This document shows, piece by piece, positions 25,640 through 36,492 of a stretch of 64,000 nucleotides of DNA. The position numbers and the translations under genes were made by a program. The notes under the pieces were generated by a model that was given only the letters and a program-made list of their open reading frames with translations, searched no databases and had not been told where the DNA came from. The stretch is from Hydrolagus colliei (lineage: Eukaryota), in assembly GCA_035084275.1 (NCBI GenBank), contig CM068744.1:99882001-99946000 (forward strand). Reading direction: 5' to 3'. The stretch's first letter is position 1; each line of letters opens with the position of its first letter.

Positions 25640-26765
25640 TCAGACTTGGTTGGGAGGATAGTCTACTTGTGGGTGCATTCTCCTCCAGTCCCTGCACCTC
25701 CTTGTGTAGTGTTTCCTCAGGGCTCTGTCCTTGGCTCCCCCTCCTCTTCAACCTGTACCTGCTCCCTCTTGGTGACATCATCCAGAGATAATGGGGGCAG
25801 CTTCCACAGGTGTTCGGATCACGCCTAACTGTATCTCTCCGCCTCCAACCTCGACCCCAGGACCACTGATGTCCTGACAGAATGTTTGTCAGACATCAAG
25901 TCCTGGATGAGAGCTTACTTTCTACAGTTGAATGTCAGAAAGACCAAAGTTCTCCAGGTTGGTTGGTTTGTGTCGGTGTCTGCACCCTCAGGCACTGGCA
26001 AAATCAGCATCCATGGATGCAAACTCCATCTTACCAAGCCCATCAGGAACCTGTTTGACCCTGGCTATCAGGGTCTTCTTTGACCCTGGCTATCCTTCCT
26101 CTCTCACATCATGCCACACGCTGCTGTGCCTTCCCCCACCTCCTCAAAATTGCCCAACTCTGCTGTTGCCCCACCCTTCGAGCCGCTGAAACCCTCACAC
26201 ATGCCTTCGTTAAATCTATGCTTGACTAAGCCAACTCCCTACTTGTTGGCCTTCCCAACTCTTCCCTCCACAAGCTGTAGATCATCCAGACCTCTGCACC
26301 CTGTGTCCTCTCCCACACCAGACCCACGCTCACCAGGCTCCACTGGATCCCCAACCCTCAGAGGATCGAGTCCTCACCTTCAAGGCCCTTCACACCCTCC
26401 CTCCTATCTCTCTGACTGCTAACCTCTGATTAACCTGCTCACTCCCTCCACTCAGCAGACTTCAATATGTACCAGGTCGTGTGTGTGTGCGTGTGTGTCC
26501 CCACCCACCAGCCAGCCGCACAACGTCGGTCAGGCCTTCAACGTTTCTGGTCCCTCTTTCTGGAACTCCATCCAATATTCCCACATTCCCATCCCTCACT
26601 CCGTCCCTTGCTTCCTTCAAGGCACTCCTCAAGACCCTCTTTTACAACCATGACATTGGCCACCCTCTCTGCCCTCCACCGTGATCCCAATCTTCCCCCA
26701 CCCCCCACCCCTCCCCGCTCGGGGGTTCTTATGACCCTGACTGTTCAATGCCTTGGAACATTAAA
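25640..26765 (+). mobile_element. Old, degraded L2 LINE fragment (RT C-terminal part to 3' UTR)
   Basis: Remnant peptides PQGSVLG/PLLFNLYLLPLGDII and SDIKSWMRAYFLQLNVRKTKVL; collinear with 30853-31739; many stops and frameshifts. Confidence 0.85.
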
Positions 26766-27256
26766 GATCCCATGGCACCGTGACGAGAGAAGGAAGTTTC
26801 TCGCTGTGGTCTCCATCAACAATCTCCCTAATGGTCCCCTCATTTCATTGCTATCTGTGGCACATTAATATACACAAATTGGCTGTTGCGTTTATCTACA
26901 AAAACATCTGACGACAGTATCTGGTTGCAGCTGCTTTCAAGACTTGTATCTAAATATTCTCCATCTTTACTGCAGGCAAGTCTTTGGGCTTTTCATGATC
27001 TGCAAAAGGAGCAGCGCCATTCAAAAGCCAATTGTGAGTCCTTCTGCCAAAACTACTGACGTAATAATCCCTATATTTACATGAGGGAAGCAGCGGTTTG
27101 CTTCAGTAGCACTTTCAATCAATAGCAACTCGCACTGAGAGATGTCAGTCATTATTGCCTCTGCATCCTGGATGGTTGGCTCTCGTGCTTTGTGCAGCAG
27201 GTGGTAAGGCCTAAACTGCCTTGCAGCATTGCCTGCTCGGCCTGCGCTGTTGCTTC

Positions 27257-27516
27257 GGTTACAGCTCAATAGTCCTCAGGTTCGTTAGTCTGAAAGGTTC
27301 ATTAGTCCCAAGGTTCGTTAGTCCGAAGCTTTCCCTAACCCTAACCGTAAAGCTAACCCTGAACCTAACCCTAAGGATGGAAATGTTCGGATTAACAAAC
27401 CTTATTTTCGGACTATCGAGCAGTAACCACGGTAACCGCACCGGGTTTAGGAAATTTGTATGTTCAGACTATCGACCCTGCGGACTATCGAACCTTCGGA
27501 TTATCGAGTGCCCCCC
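27257..27516. mobile_element. Non-autonomous DNA transposon (260 bp) with 8-bp TSD and telomere-like core; superfamily unassigned
   Basis: TSD GTTGCTTC at 27249-27256 and 27517-27524; starts GGTTAC, ends GTGCCCCCC; subterminal TAGTCCGAAGGTTCG-type repeats in inverted orientation; CCCTAA-like repeats at about 27333-27374. Confidence 0.85.
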
Positions 27517-27749
27517 GTTGCTTCTTGGCCTTGTTCAGAACCTCGTTGTCATGTAGTTTGAAAACGCTGGTCTCTGGAATCTCTCCCATTATTTTTTTTT
27601 CTCCTTCGGCCCGCTTTCCCCCCCTGCTCTCTTTCCCCCTTCCCCCCCCCCCCCCCCCCCCTCCCCTTTGTTTTTACTTTGTGGAATGGAATTCCAGGTC
27701 CTGCACTGACATTTGAAAATGCATTTCAATGTAAAAGGGTGCAGTTGAC

Positions 27750-28445
27750 TACATCACTCCCACCCTCGCGCATCTCTCCACTGGCTCCCCATCCCCTCAG
27801 AGGATCCGATTCAAGATCCTCGTCCTCACTTTCAAGGCCATTCATGGCCTTGCCCCCGCCTAGATAAAGTAGACACTGAGGGACTGTTTCCCCTGGTAGG
27901 AGAATCTATAACCAGGGGTCACAGTCTTAAAATGAAGGGTCAGCCTTTTAGAACAGAGTTGAGGAAACATTTCTTCACTCAGAGGGTAGTGAATTTATGG
28001 AATTCACTACCACAGAAGGCTGTAGATGCTCAGTCCTTGAACATTTCAAGGCTGAGACTAATAGACTTTTGAAAAATAGAGGGATTAGGGGATATGGGGA
28101 TAGGGCAGGTAATCAAAGTTAGGTGAGAAGATCAGCCATGATCTTGTTGAATGGCGGGGCAGGCTCGAATGGCAGAATGGCCTACTCCTGCTCCTAATTC
28201 TTATGTTCTTATGTTCTTCTGTTCTATCTCTCTGACCTGCTGTCTCCCTATCAGCCGCCCCCACCCTCCGTTCAGCAGACTCAGGCCTGCTCCGTGTCCA
28301 CCGCCCTAACCACCCAACCATCGACGGCCCGGGCTTTCAGCCTCTCTGCTCCCATACTGTGGAACTCCATCCCGCAGCCCCTCCACCTCCCTTCCTCCCT
28401 TTCCTCCTTCAAGGCCGGTCTCAAGACCTTCCTCTTTGACCGCGA
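27750..28445 (+). mobile_element. L2 3' fragment split by a CR1 insertion
   Basis: CACTGGCTCCCCATCC...TTCAAGATCCTCGTCCTCACTTTCAAGGCC before the CR1 and CTATCTCTCTGACCTGCTG...TGGAACTCCATCCC after it; the same stretch is uninterrupted in the L2 fragment at about 920-1030. Confidence 0.85.
27863..28223 (+). mobile_element. CR1 (HER1-like) LINE 3' end
   Basis: ACCAGGGGTCACAGTCTTAAA...TTCTTCACTCAGAGGGTAGTGAATTTATGGAATTCACTACC (TRGHSLK...FFTQRVVNLWNSLP); 3' UTR GAATGGCCTACTCCTGCTCCT and (TTCTTATG)n tail. Confidence 0.9.
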
Positions 28446-28840
28446 ATAGACTTGATAACTGCGCACACCACTCCAGCCAGGAAACCCAACTGGCACCAAA
28501 CACAGGGCCAGCAGCCATTTAGTTTGCAGTCTCCTTTGGAGTCGTTTTTAATGCCACCGCTGAGGTTGGATGGATATTAAAACACTCTCAGAACAGTGCT
28601 GCTTGCATGCAGTAAATTTGTTAGAACTATCTGTCAAACAGACATTGACATCATCGTCCTGTGCCACAAACGGTGCAATTGTAATTGATAATAATAACAA
28701 TCAGAGCTCATCACGTCTTCGAGAGCTTTCTAAGCACTTCATAGAATATACTGTAAAGTGAATTGACTGTATTTTAAGGACAAAGCTTTACAAGTGACCT
28801 GATTTCCACATGGAACAGCCTTTCAGGTCAAAAATAATCG

Positions 28841-29030
28841 CAAAAATACTGCAGATGCTGGAAATCTGAAACAAAAACAGCAATCAGTGGGAACACTCAG
28901 CAGGTCGGGCAGCATCTATAGAGAAAGGAAAGTGAGTCAACGTTTTGGGTCCACGAACCTTGGTCAGAACTCAACATTCTGACGAAGGATCGTGGACCCA
29001 AAATGTTGACTCACTTTTCCTTTCTCCATA
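28841..29030. mobile_element. Penelope-type foldback element, second copy
   Basis: Inverted arms of about 53 bp (28917-28969 and 28977-29030); homologous to 2628-3150. Confidence 0.72.
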
Positions 29031-30852
29031 AACCCTCTAATCAAATCTCTGGCCTTCAGAGAGAATCTAAAGGTGCTTTTGTGATAATCGAGTGGCTTTT
29101 TCTGTAGCAAATATAATCTGTCAATTAACTTTGACAAACAATGAAATCGTGAGTTGTTATAGTAGGTTTTCACCTGCCCTAGTTTGGAAATGATCAGAGA
29201 GTTCTTCGGTCTGCATTGCAGTGCTGTTCGTCCTTTTTTATACACACGAGCCTCATGATTGTTGAACGTCATTCTGCGCTAACTGTGATCCGAAAGAGGG
29301 GAAGTGAGCTCCCTCAATGTCACCTCGGTAGGAATGTAAATATTGCAATTTTTTTTTTTTTTAATCTCAAAAAGCACCTCTTTGCCCAGGCTTTCAGTCA
29401 CCTCTCCTCCCCGCTCCCTTCATGGCTCTCACCCCCCTTTCCCCCACCCACAGCTTTGGTGCCGATCAAGCCCTTTAAATCATTATCCTGACATGGAAGG
29501 CACTGCATTGTAAATTGTATTGTTATTTTTCTTTAAATATCTCATTATGTTGCTGAGCTCGATGGACTGACCAACTATTTAGAAAATTTACCAAATACTT
29601 TCCTGCCTATCAAGGACGAGGAGGGAAGAGAGGGGATGCAGAACAATGTGATTTTGTTTTGAAGTTACATAGGTTTACACTAAAAAATATATAGGGATTA
29701 AGGGGTTTGTTCAGTGAAGTGTTTTTCTCAGTTGCCCGTTGAGGTTATCATTCCCAGGCTGAATTATAACGTCGCGTTCACTCTCGTTTCCACCATGTGC
29801 TCAAAGACAAAGATGTTGCAAATGCACTTTGTGAGGACATTGTATTTCTCGATGCAAAAAAAGCTGCGATGAAAAGGCGATCTCCTGGCTGCTTTTACCT
29901 TCACTCCAGCTGGGAGGATTGTCCCCCAGAACGAGAGATGGAATATATTTAATTTCTGCTTAATTGTAAAGTTTTAGAGGAGTGGAAACCAGGAATGTGG
30001 TATTTTCAAAGGAAGACCTTTCACCTACAGTCTCCCAGAAGAACATTTCAAGACTCGAAAGATTGGACTGATTACATTGGGATGTAAATTACAGGTCTCG
30101 CAAAAAGAAATGTAACTAGTGAATCCCGGATGTGTCACGACCTTCCCTCGCGACCGATTTGGATACTGACTGCATGGCAGTCTAAATTACATTTTTTACG
30201 AACAAAGTCGAAAAAGATAAGTCTTGATGCATCCATGACTTGCTAGCTCTGAATCTTTTCCCTGCAAATCCCGTTATCACAGAGCTTCTTAAAACAATGT
30301 GCTTTGGTCCGTCGGGTCTTAAATACAAGCCTGGCAAAGTGGTGAAATGTTTTGTTGCGATTACAAGAAGATAAGATAAGTTTATTGTCGAATATACATC
30401 CAAACATTTTAATAAAAACGATGAGATTGTCGGGCTTACTGAGTGGAAATTGGAGATGGTCCATAAACATCGATACAGTAGTTTCTTTCCAGTGAGTGTA
30501 AAATACAGATGCACTGCTCTGTTGCCCTCTTATTGAAGGTAGAGTAAGAAACTATGATTGAATGTAGCTCTTTCGCTTGACTCCAGGATTGAGAAAAGAC
30601 ATTGGGCCCCACAGTACATTACTGCACCTTGTTGAGGCTTAGTCGAGGAGCATTTCCCTCTGCTGGAGCTTACATGTGACAGGACAGCATCAGGCTCAAT
30701 CAAACAGCTTGCTCTCACTCACTACCTAAATTGCCTGTACATGAAAAATGGCAATTTCGGTGGGTTTCGATAGATGGATGATAACTGCCGCAAGTGTTAC
30801 GCAGTTTGAAGAGGAGTGGAAGAAGACGGGTTTACTTTAAAGCTTGAGATGT

Positions 30853-31739
30853 TCTGTCAGCCTGCCTTTCAGACATCAGGGGCTGGATGAGCACAAATTT
30901 CTTGCAGCTGGATGTTGACAAGACGGAGACCATACTCCTTGGCTCTCGTCAACGTCTCCATTCGCACGGCTCTCACCTCCCCCATCTTCCCGGCCTGCCC
31001 CTAAAACTCTCCGAACCTGTCCGCAACCTTGGCATCGGGTTCGACCCCCGACTGTCCTTCCTCCCCCACATTCGGTCCGTCACCAGCACTGCCTTCTACC
31101 ACCTCCGACGGATCGCCCGTCTCCGGCAATACCTCACCTTAAAAGCCTCCGAAACCTTGGTCCACGCCTTTGTCACCTCTCGGCTGGACTATTGCAACGC
31201 CCTCCTCACCGGTCTCCCCTCCACCACAATCCACAAAATCCAGCTAATCCAGAACTCTGCCGCATACTCACCCGCTCTAAGCTTCGCTCCCCCATTACCC
31301 CAGTCCTTGCCAGACTTCACTGGCTCCCTATCCCAGAGAGGATCGACTTCAAGATCCTCACCCTTGTTTTCAAATCCCTCCACTCCTCTGCACCCCCCTA
31401 TCTCTCTGATTTCCTCTCCCCCCAACCCAGCACCCGCTGCCTTCGTTCCTCTGGGTCTGGCCTCCTCCATGTCCCCCGAGTCCTCCGCTCCACCCTCGGC
31501 GGCCGTGCCTTCAGCCACTACGCCCCGAGGCTCTGGAACTCCCTTCCTCACTCGCTTCGCCTCGCCCCCCTCTCTTCCCAGTTTCAGGTCACAGTTGAAG
31601 ACCTTTCTCTTCGACCGAGCTTTTGGTCACCTTCCTGCCCCTACTCCTAGTTCGGTCCCGGGATCCGCTACTGTGAAGCGCTCTGAGACGCCGTCTGGCG
31701 TGGAGGGCGCTATATAAATCGAAGTTGTTGTTGTTGTTG
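30853..31739 (+). mobile_element. Relatively young 5'-truncated L2 (CR1/L2 group) LINE: ORF2 C-terminus with frameshifts, 3' UTR and (GTT)n tail
   Basis: Peptides NFLQLDVDKTETILLG, VRNLGIGFDPRLSF, LVHAFVTSRLDYCNALLTGLP, LHWLPIPERIDFKILTLVFK and AFSHYAPRLWNSLP are typical of the L2 ORF2 C-terminus; 9-bp TSD TTGAGATGT at 30844-30852 and 31740-31748. Confidence 0.93.
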
Positions 31740-34700
31740 TTGAGATGTCAATAAAAAATATAGCAACTGATTCAGGCAGTCGACCATTCTGTCAATCCAG
31801 TCTACCCATCCAATGTTCCAAAGGATACATCAACAAATCTATCTCATCACGGCCCTGGATCCTTTTGATTTCAGGAACTTCTTGAAAACTTTTGGGGTTT
31901 TTTTGCTCCATTTTTTAGAATAAGACTCTGGTGCTTCCTATTTGCTGTTCTTGTGTTGTTATCGCGGTCAACTTTCAAACTCATTCATCACTCTGAATGG
32001 TGCTTGACGGGAGTCTACAAGATCCCCATGTTCGTCTGAAATCTCACCGACGTGAACAGATCCACGTATTGATATAGTACAAAACAGGAAGGGTCCTGTT
32101 CAGCCAACCAAGGCAAAGGTGCTATAATTGCCCTCAGCCTCAGGCTAGAGGAGATGATCACTGTCACTAAATCATTATGCAGTGACAACGATCTGATTCA
32201 GATCTTTTGCTGTATTTCGTAAATCAGCACTTCCTTTCTTACCCCCTCCATCCTCAGCCCAATTCTTCTTTTTTTACTATTTTGTTTTCGCAGATTAAGC
32301 CTGATTTTATGCATTGTCTGGTTTAATGAAAATAAATTCTAGCTTTATAAACCTGCTGTACCATGAGATGAACTGGACTGCTGCAGCTCATTGAATTCTA
32401 ATCTCGCTCTTAATTTTGTCAAAAATGTTTGCTGCTGTCGAGTTTAAGGCCCTGAAGCATGCTAATTTATGATGTTGATAATCTGCTTTTATTTGCATTA
32501 AGCGCTAAATAGTCTATAAAGTCTGGTGCCAGTAATCAGTATTGTGCTTTTTCCTCTGTTATTCGCTCCTTTAGATTAGTGTGCACTTGTTCAGCGTCTT
32601 ATGTGCAGCTAATTCTGTACAAATAACCTGGGAATGTGGATTTGGTTGTAGGATGGTAGGGTGGGGCTATGTTGTAACAGAGGGAGTCGTCGGTCAGGAT
32701 GGGAAACTGATTCCCATCGGGTCCGATGAGCACAATCCCCTTCTTAAAGAATATGTTTGTTTTCTTATGGGCGTGGGCTCACTGGCTGATTGCGTGTTTC
32801 TAAAAGCTCGACAAATGTGACATTTTCAAGGAGTTTACACAGTATGTGGGTTTATTAAAGTCAGAATCTAATAGTGATCTCTCCTGTTATTTGTTTTTAA
32901 AGTCAAAAGTAAGGACTATTACTACAGCAAACAACAACAAAATTAGATTTATGGAGCGCCTTTCACATTGGGAGGACATCCCAAGGCATTGAAAGCAGGC
33001 AAACTCTGCCTATTATGTATTAATAATAAAAAATCGCTTTGTAAAATGAGAACACATCACCCACACAGATAAAATATCCACACAATGATTGCTGACCAGA
33101 CGCTGAGATTTAATTTGAATGAAAAGTACCCATAACTTAAGTAAGATTTTGCAATTGGTAATGAAACCAGGTGAAATGAAGTTTTTATATATTGTTGTAA
33201 CAACCTATTTGTAATAACCTATTTTACGATTTTCAAACCAAACATGAAATCTGCTTAAGTACGAATTATGCTGCTTTAAAGCCCTGTTTATACTGCACAT
33301 TGACGCTCTTTTTCCCTCTAAGTGCTATTTATACAACTTTGAAATATTCGCAATTGAAGTAAACACCATTAACATCCAAACCCAGTGCACGGCAAGAACT
33401 GAAGCCTAAAGTCTTGCATTGAATCCTTTATTCCTTTTTAAGTCGACTTTTTCTGAGTTGCTTTTATGCATGTACAGATTTACGATCTTTATTTCCTGTC
33501 AGCTTTCCAGAGTCGAAGCTTTGTCTTGTGCAGGTGTGTTATTATAAGCATTTTAGTTTAAGTAATCAGGTGAAAACATATGTTTGTTTTTGAATAAATA
33601 AAAAATCCTTGTCTAGGCACTACTGGAAAGATAGTGTGAGAGAGAACACCAGCTACCTGCCACTCAGTTGAGAATCATTGAGTTGCTTGCTCAGTTTGAA
33701 GTGCGCTTTCTTTCTTATTTACACTTGGGGCCTTTTTATTAAACCAGTTTTCTTTAACCACTCTGCCTATTTCATGTTTTTAAAAGCCGTAAAATTGCTC
33801 CTTGTTCCTGCACTGTGGGTCCTCTGTATTCGGTTTTACTAGCAGTATTTCACTAGTGAGAGGTTAAATGTTTAATGGAAAGAGCTATAAAAAGACCTAA
33901 GTTGGGAAATTTGGTTCTTGGCAAGTTGCTCTGTCCTTTAAATAATCACAATTCCCATCATGATCGCAGCTTGCTTTCAGACACAACCTTTCTGTTTTCT
34001 TTTCAGCGCTAATACTGTATAAATCACTTGCTTGCGTAACTTTATAATCGTGACACTGAATACAAATACATTTGTCAAAATAGCCTGAGAATTATTGTAC
34101 TGTAATAACCTTTTTAAACTAAAAGTTAAAACGAATGAGAGAAGTGCAAGTTACGTGGCTCGTTTCGATAAGTGTTGACATCGCACGGATATCTTGTGAT
34201 CCACCGTGATAACGGGGTTGACAAAGTGTCCAGAGAGAAGGAGAGGTCATAAAGTGGGTACTGATCATTGAGTCGTGCCACTGGAAGGCACTGCCTGAGG
34301 ATCGGATGTGGTTTGGCTTCACTTGCTCTCCCCGCTTGACTGCTTGGCCACACTTGTTTAGTCTTGTTGATCACAAATGGCTGTTTGGCTGAGAGACCGG
34401 AGGATTTGTACGTTGGGATGGGTTGTTGAGGAGGGTGAGGGTGCCAGAGGCACAGCGTGAAATGGCAAAAAGGTTTTCATTGGCAGTAGAACCCCATGTA
34501 TGATATTTTTATAGGCCTATAAATATATATATTTTCATTTGTTCTTTGGTCTTATACATTTTTTTTGTTTCATCGCCACAATCCAGTTATGGATCAAATT
34601 TCCAGAAGTGCCTTTAAGTATACAAATATTGAATCGATGCTGAGCATTTTTACGGGATATTGACCCGAAGTGTTGGGCTGCTTCACCCTTTCCAAGTTTA

Positions 34701-35118
34701 CACCCTTTTTGCGTCGCTTATCATTTTTTAAACTTTGGGGGGCAAACAATTGCTGGGATACATTTAATGGGTGAGGGTGGGGGGGGGGGGGGGGGGAGAG
34801 CGCATAGAGCAGAGTCAATTTTAGACGCTCGTATTTTCAGACCAGTCGAGTTTTCTGCTGATATTTCATTGAGATTTTGAACTTTGCCGGCTTGGAAATT
34901 ATGAATGGCTATCTTACAAATTGCTTGATCCATTGTTACACCCTGGAAGTTATTTAGAAACTCTACTGTAGCAGACAGCAAATCCCATTTTTCAAACACC
35001 CACATCTTTGGCCCCCTCTTTCCTTCTCTCCGTTTTACGTACCTGCTTAATGACTAGATAAACAGCTGAAAGAATATTACGCTGCATCGTGACCCATTGC
35101 TTTACCTTCTTCCTTCAG

Positions 35119-35684
35119 ATGAGTACCATGTCCCTCCTGACGCCCTGCCACCTGTACGAGGGATGTCTTCCCAGAGGACAACATTAACGACCCCTGTTGG
35201 CTCTTTGCACAGAGATAATGGACAATCCCGTTATGGTGGAATGAGGACCATGGATTCATCAGACCGAGACCGTCCAGTCAGCTACAGCTCGACATCGTCC
35301 TCGGCCTCCTCCAGGGACAGCCATTGCTCTTTCAGCAGTGGAATGACCCTCGTCTCCAACAGCCCTTTAGGCCTCAGCAGCCAGGACAAGGAAGCCGGTG
35401 CCATTAAACTGGAACTAATCCCAACACGAGGTTTATCGAATCCAGAGCAGTGTGAAAACAGTAGCCGGGGGAGTCTGAATCCCGCATCCGTTGCTGAGAA
35501 GCGGTCAACTCCGGTCACAAACACTGCAGCTAAACGAGTGGAGTCCAAGGGATCGCATAGAAATCGTGCAACATCGCCGACCGCAACATCTGCCACTCCT
35601 AAACTGCTTTATGTTGATCGTGTTGTGCAGGAAATCCTGGAGACAGAACGCACCTACGTTCAGGATCTAAAGACCATTGTGCAG
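35119..35684 (+). CDS. PLEKHG1: PLEKHG1 first recognisable coding exon (Ser-rich N-terminus and start of the DH/RhoGEF domain); conserved start ATG at 35250, frame open from the exon start
   Basis: Translation [58 protein letters not shown]...[30 protein letters not shown] matches my recollection of the vertebrate PLEKHG1 N-terminus. Polypyrimidine tract plus AG at 35117-35118; ACCATGG Kozak context at 35250; donor CAG|GTAATG at 35684/35685, phase 0. Confidence 0.95.
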
Positions 35685-36202
35685 GTAATGGCTTATAGTT
35701 GCTTTTGAATGTATTCAATTGCCTTTATCTTATTTTGAAAGTTGATTCTACTGTGGTAGAAAGGTTGACTATATTGGAACTCGCATTGCTGTACGTAACT
35801 CATGTGTTAAAATATGTTTGATGCTACTTTTCCGTGGAATGTTAACTCAGACTTCAGTGCTGATGGTGAGCTGAACTCAACCAAGAGACCAGATCTGGCT
35901 TCCTGCTAGAGCAGGGAGAGCTCTGATCAACAGTAGCACAAGGATAGTGTATTGTTGTATTCATGGCTCCCTGGAGGAGCATTTGACTTGCAAGATTTCA
36001 GCGTAAACGTGGCATATGTCCCATCTTGTGGAAAGAAAATTTTAAGGCTTTCAATCAAGATTTCTATTTAGCAAAACTTCTATTTAGCAAACTCCTGTAA
36101 ACTTCATCCCGGCATTGATGCCAAATGAAAATTGATACAAAATGCAAAGGAGCTGTGGTTAAAATATCAAACCATATGAAGCACGGCATCCATCTTATTA
36201 TT

Positions 36203-36492
36203 TAATAATAATAATCCTTGCGTTTGATATAGCGCTTCTCACATCTTCTGGATGTCTCAAAACGCTTCACAGGATATACTGTAAAGTGAATTAACTATAT
36301 TTGTGGGAGAAACGCGGCAGCCAATTGCACAAAGAAATGTCCCACAAACGGTTTTGTGGGACTGTGCATATTTTCGGCAGGGCGAAACCATGGGCAATTT
36401 TCCTTACTCCAAAAGAGGTTTCGCCCTGCTTGGAATCAAACTCGGGTCTCTCGCTGGCTAGGCGAGTACCCTAACGACAAGCAGAACTCCAC
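36203..36492 (-). mobile_element. tRNA-derived SINE with a rearranged middle
   Basis: Tail and core reverse-complemented; the segment GGCAGGGCGAAACCATGGGCAATTTTCCTTACTCC (about 36376-36410) is in the opposite orientation. Confidence 0.8.

Noticed and set aside
30887-31717. 276-aa and 152-aa ORFs as host genes
   Set aside because: Frameshifted C-terminus of L2 ORF2 in a 5'-truncated insertion.
36061-36092. Short tandem duplications (also at about 889-922, 17518-17555, 26055-26095, 33198-33225 and 41220-41243)
   Set aside because: Ordinary slippage or junction duplications with no further structure.
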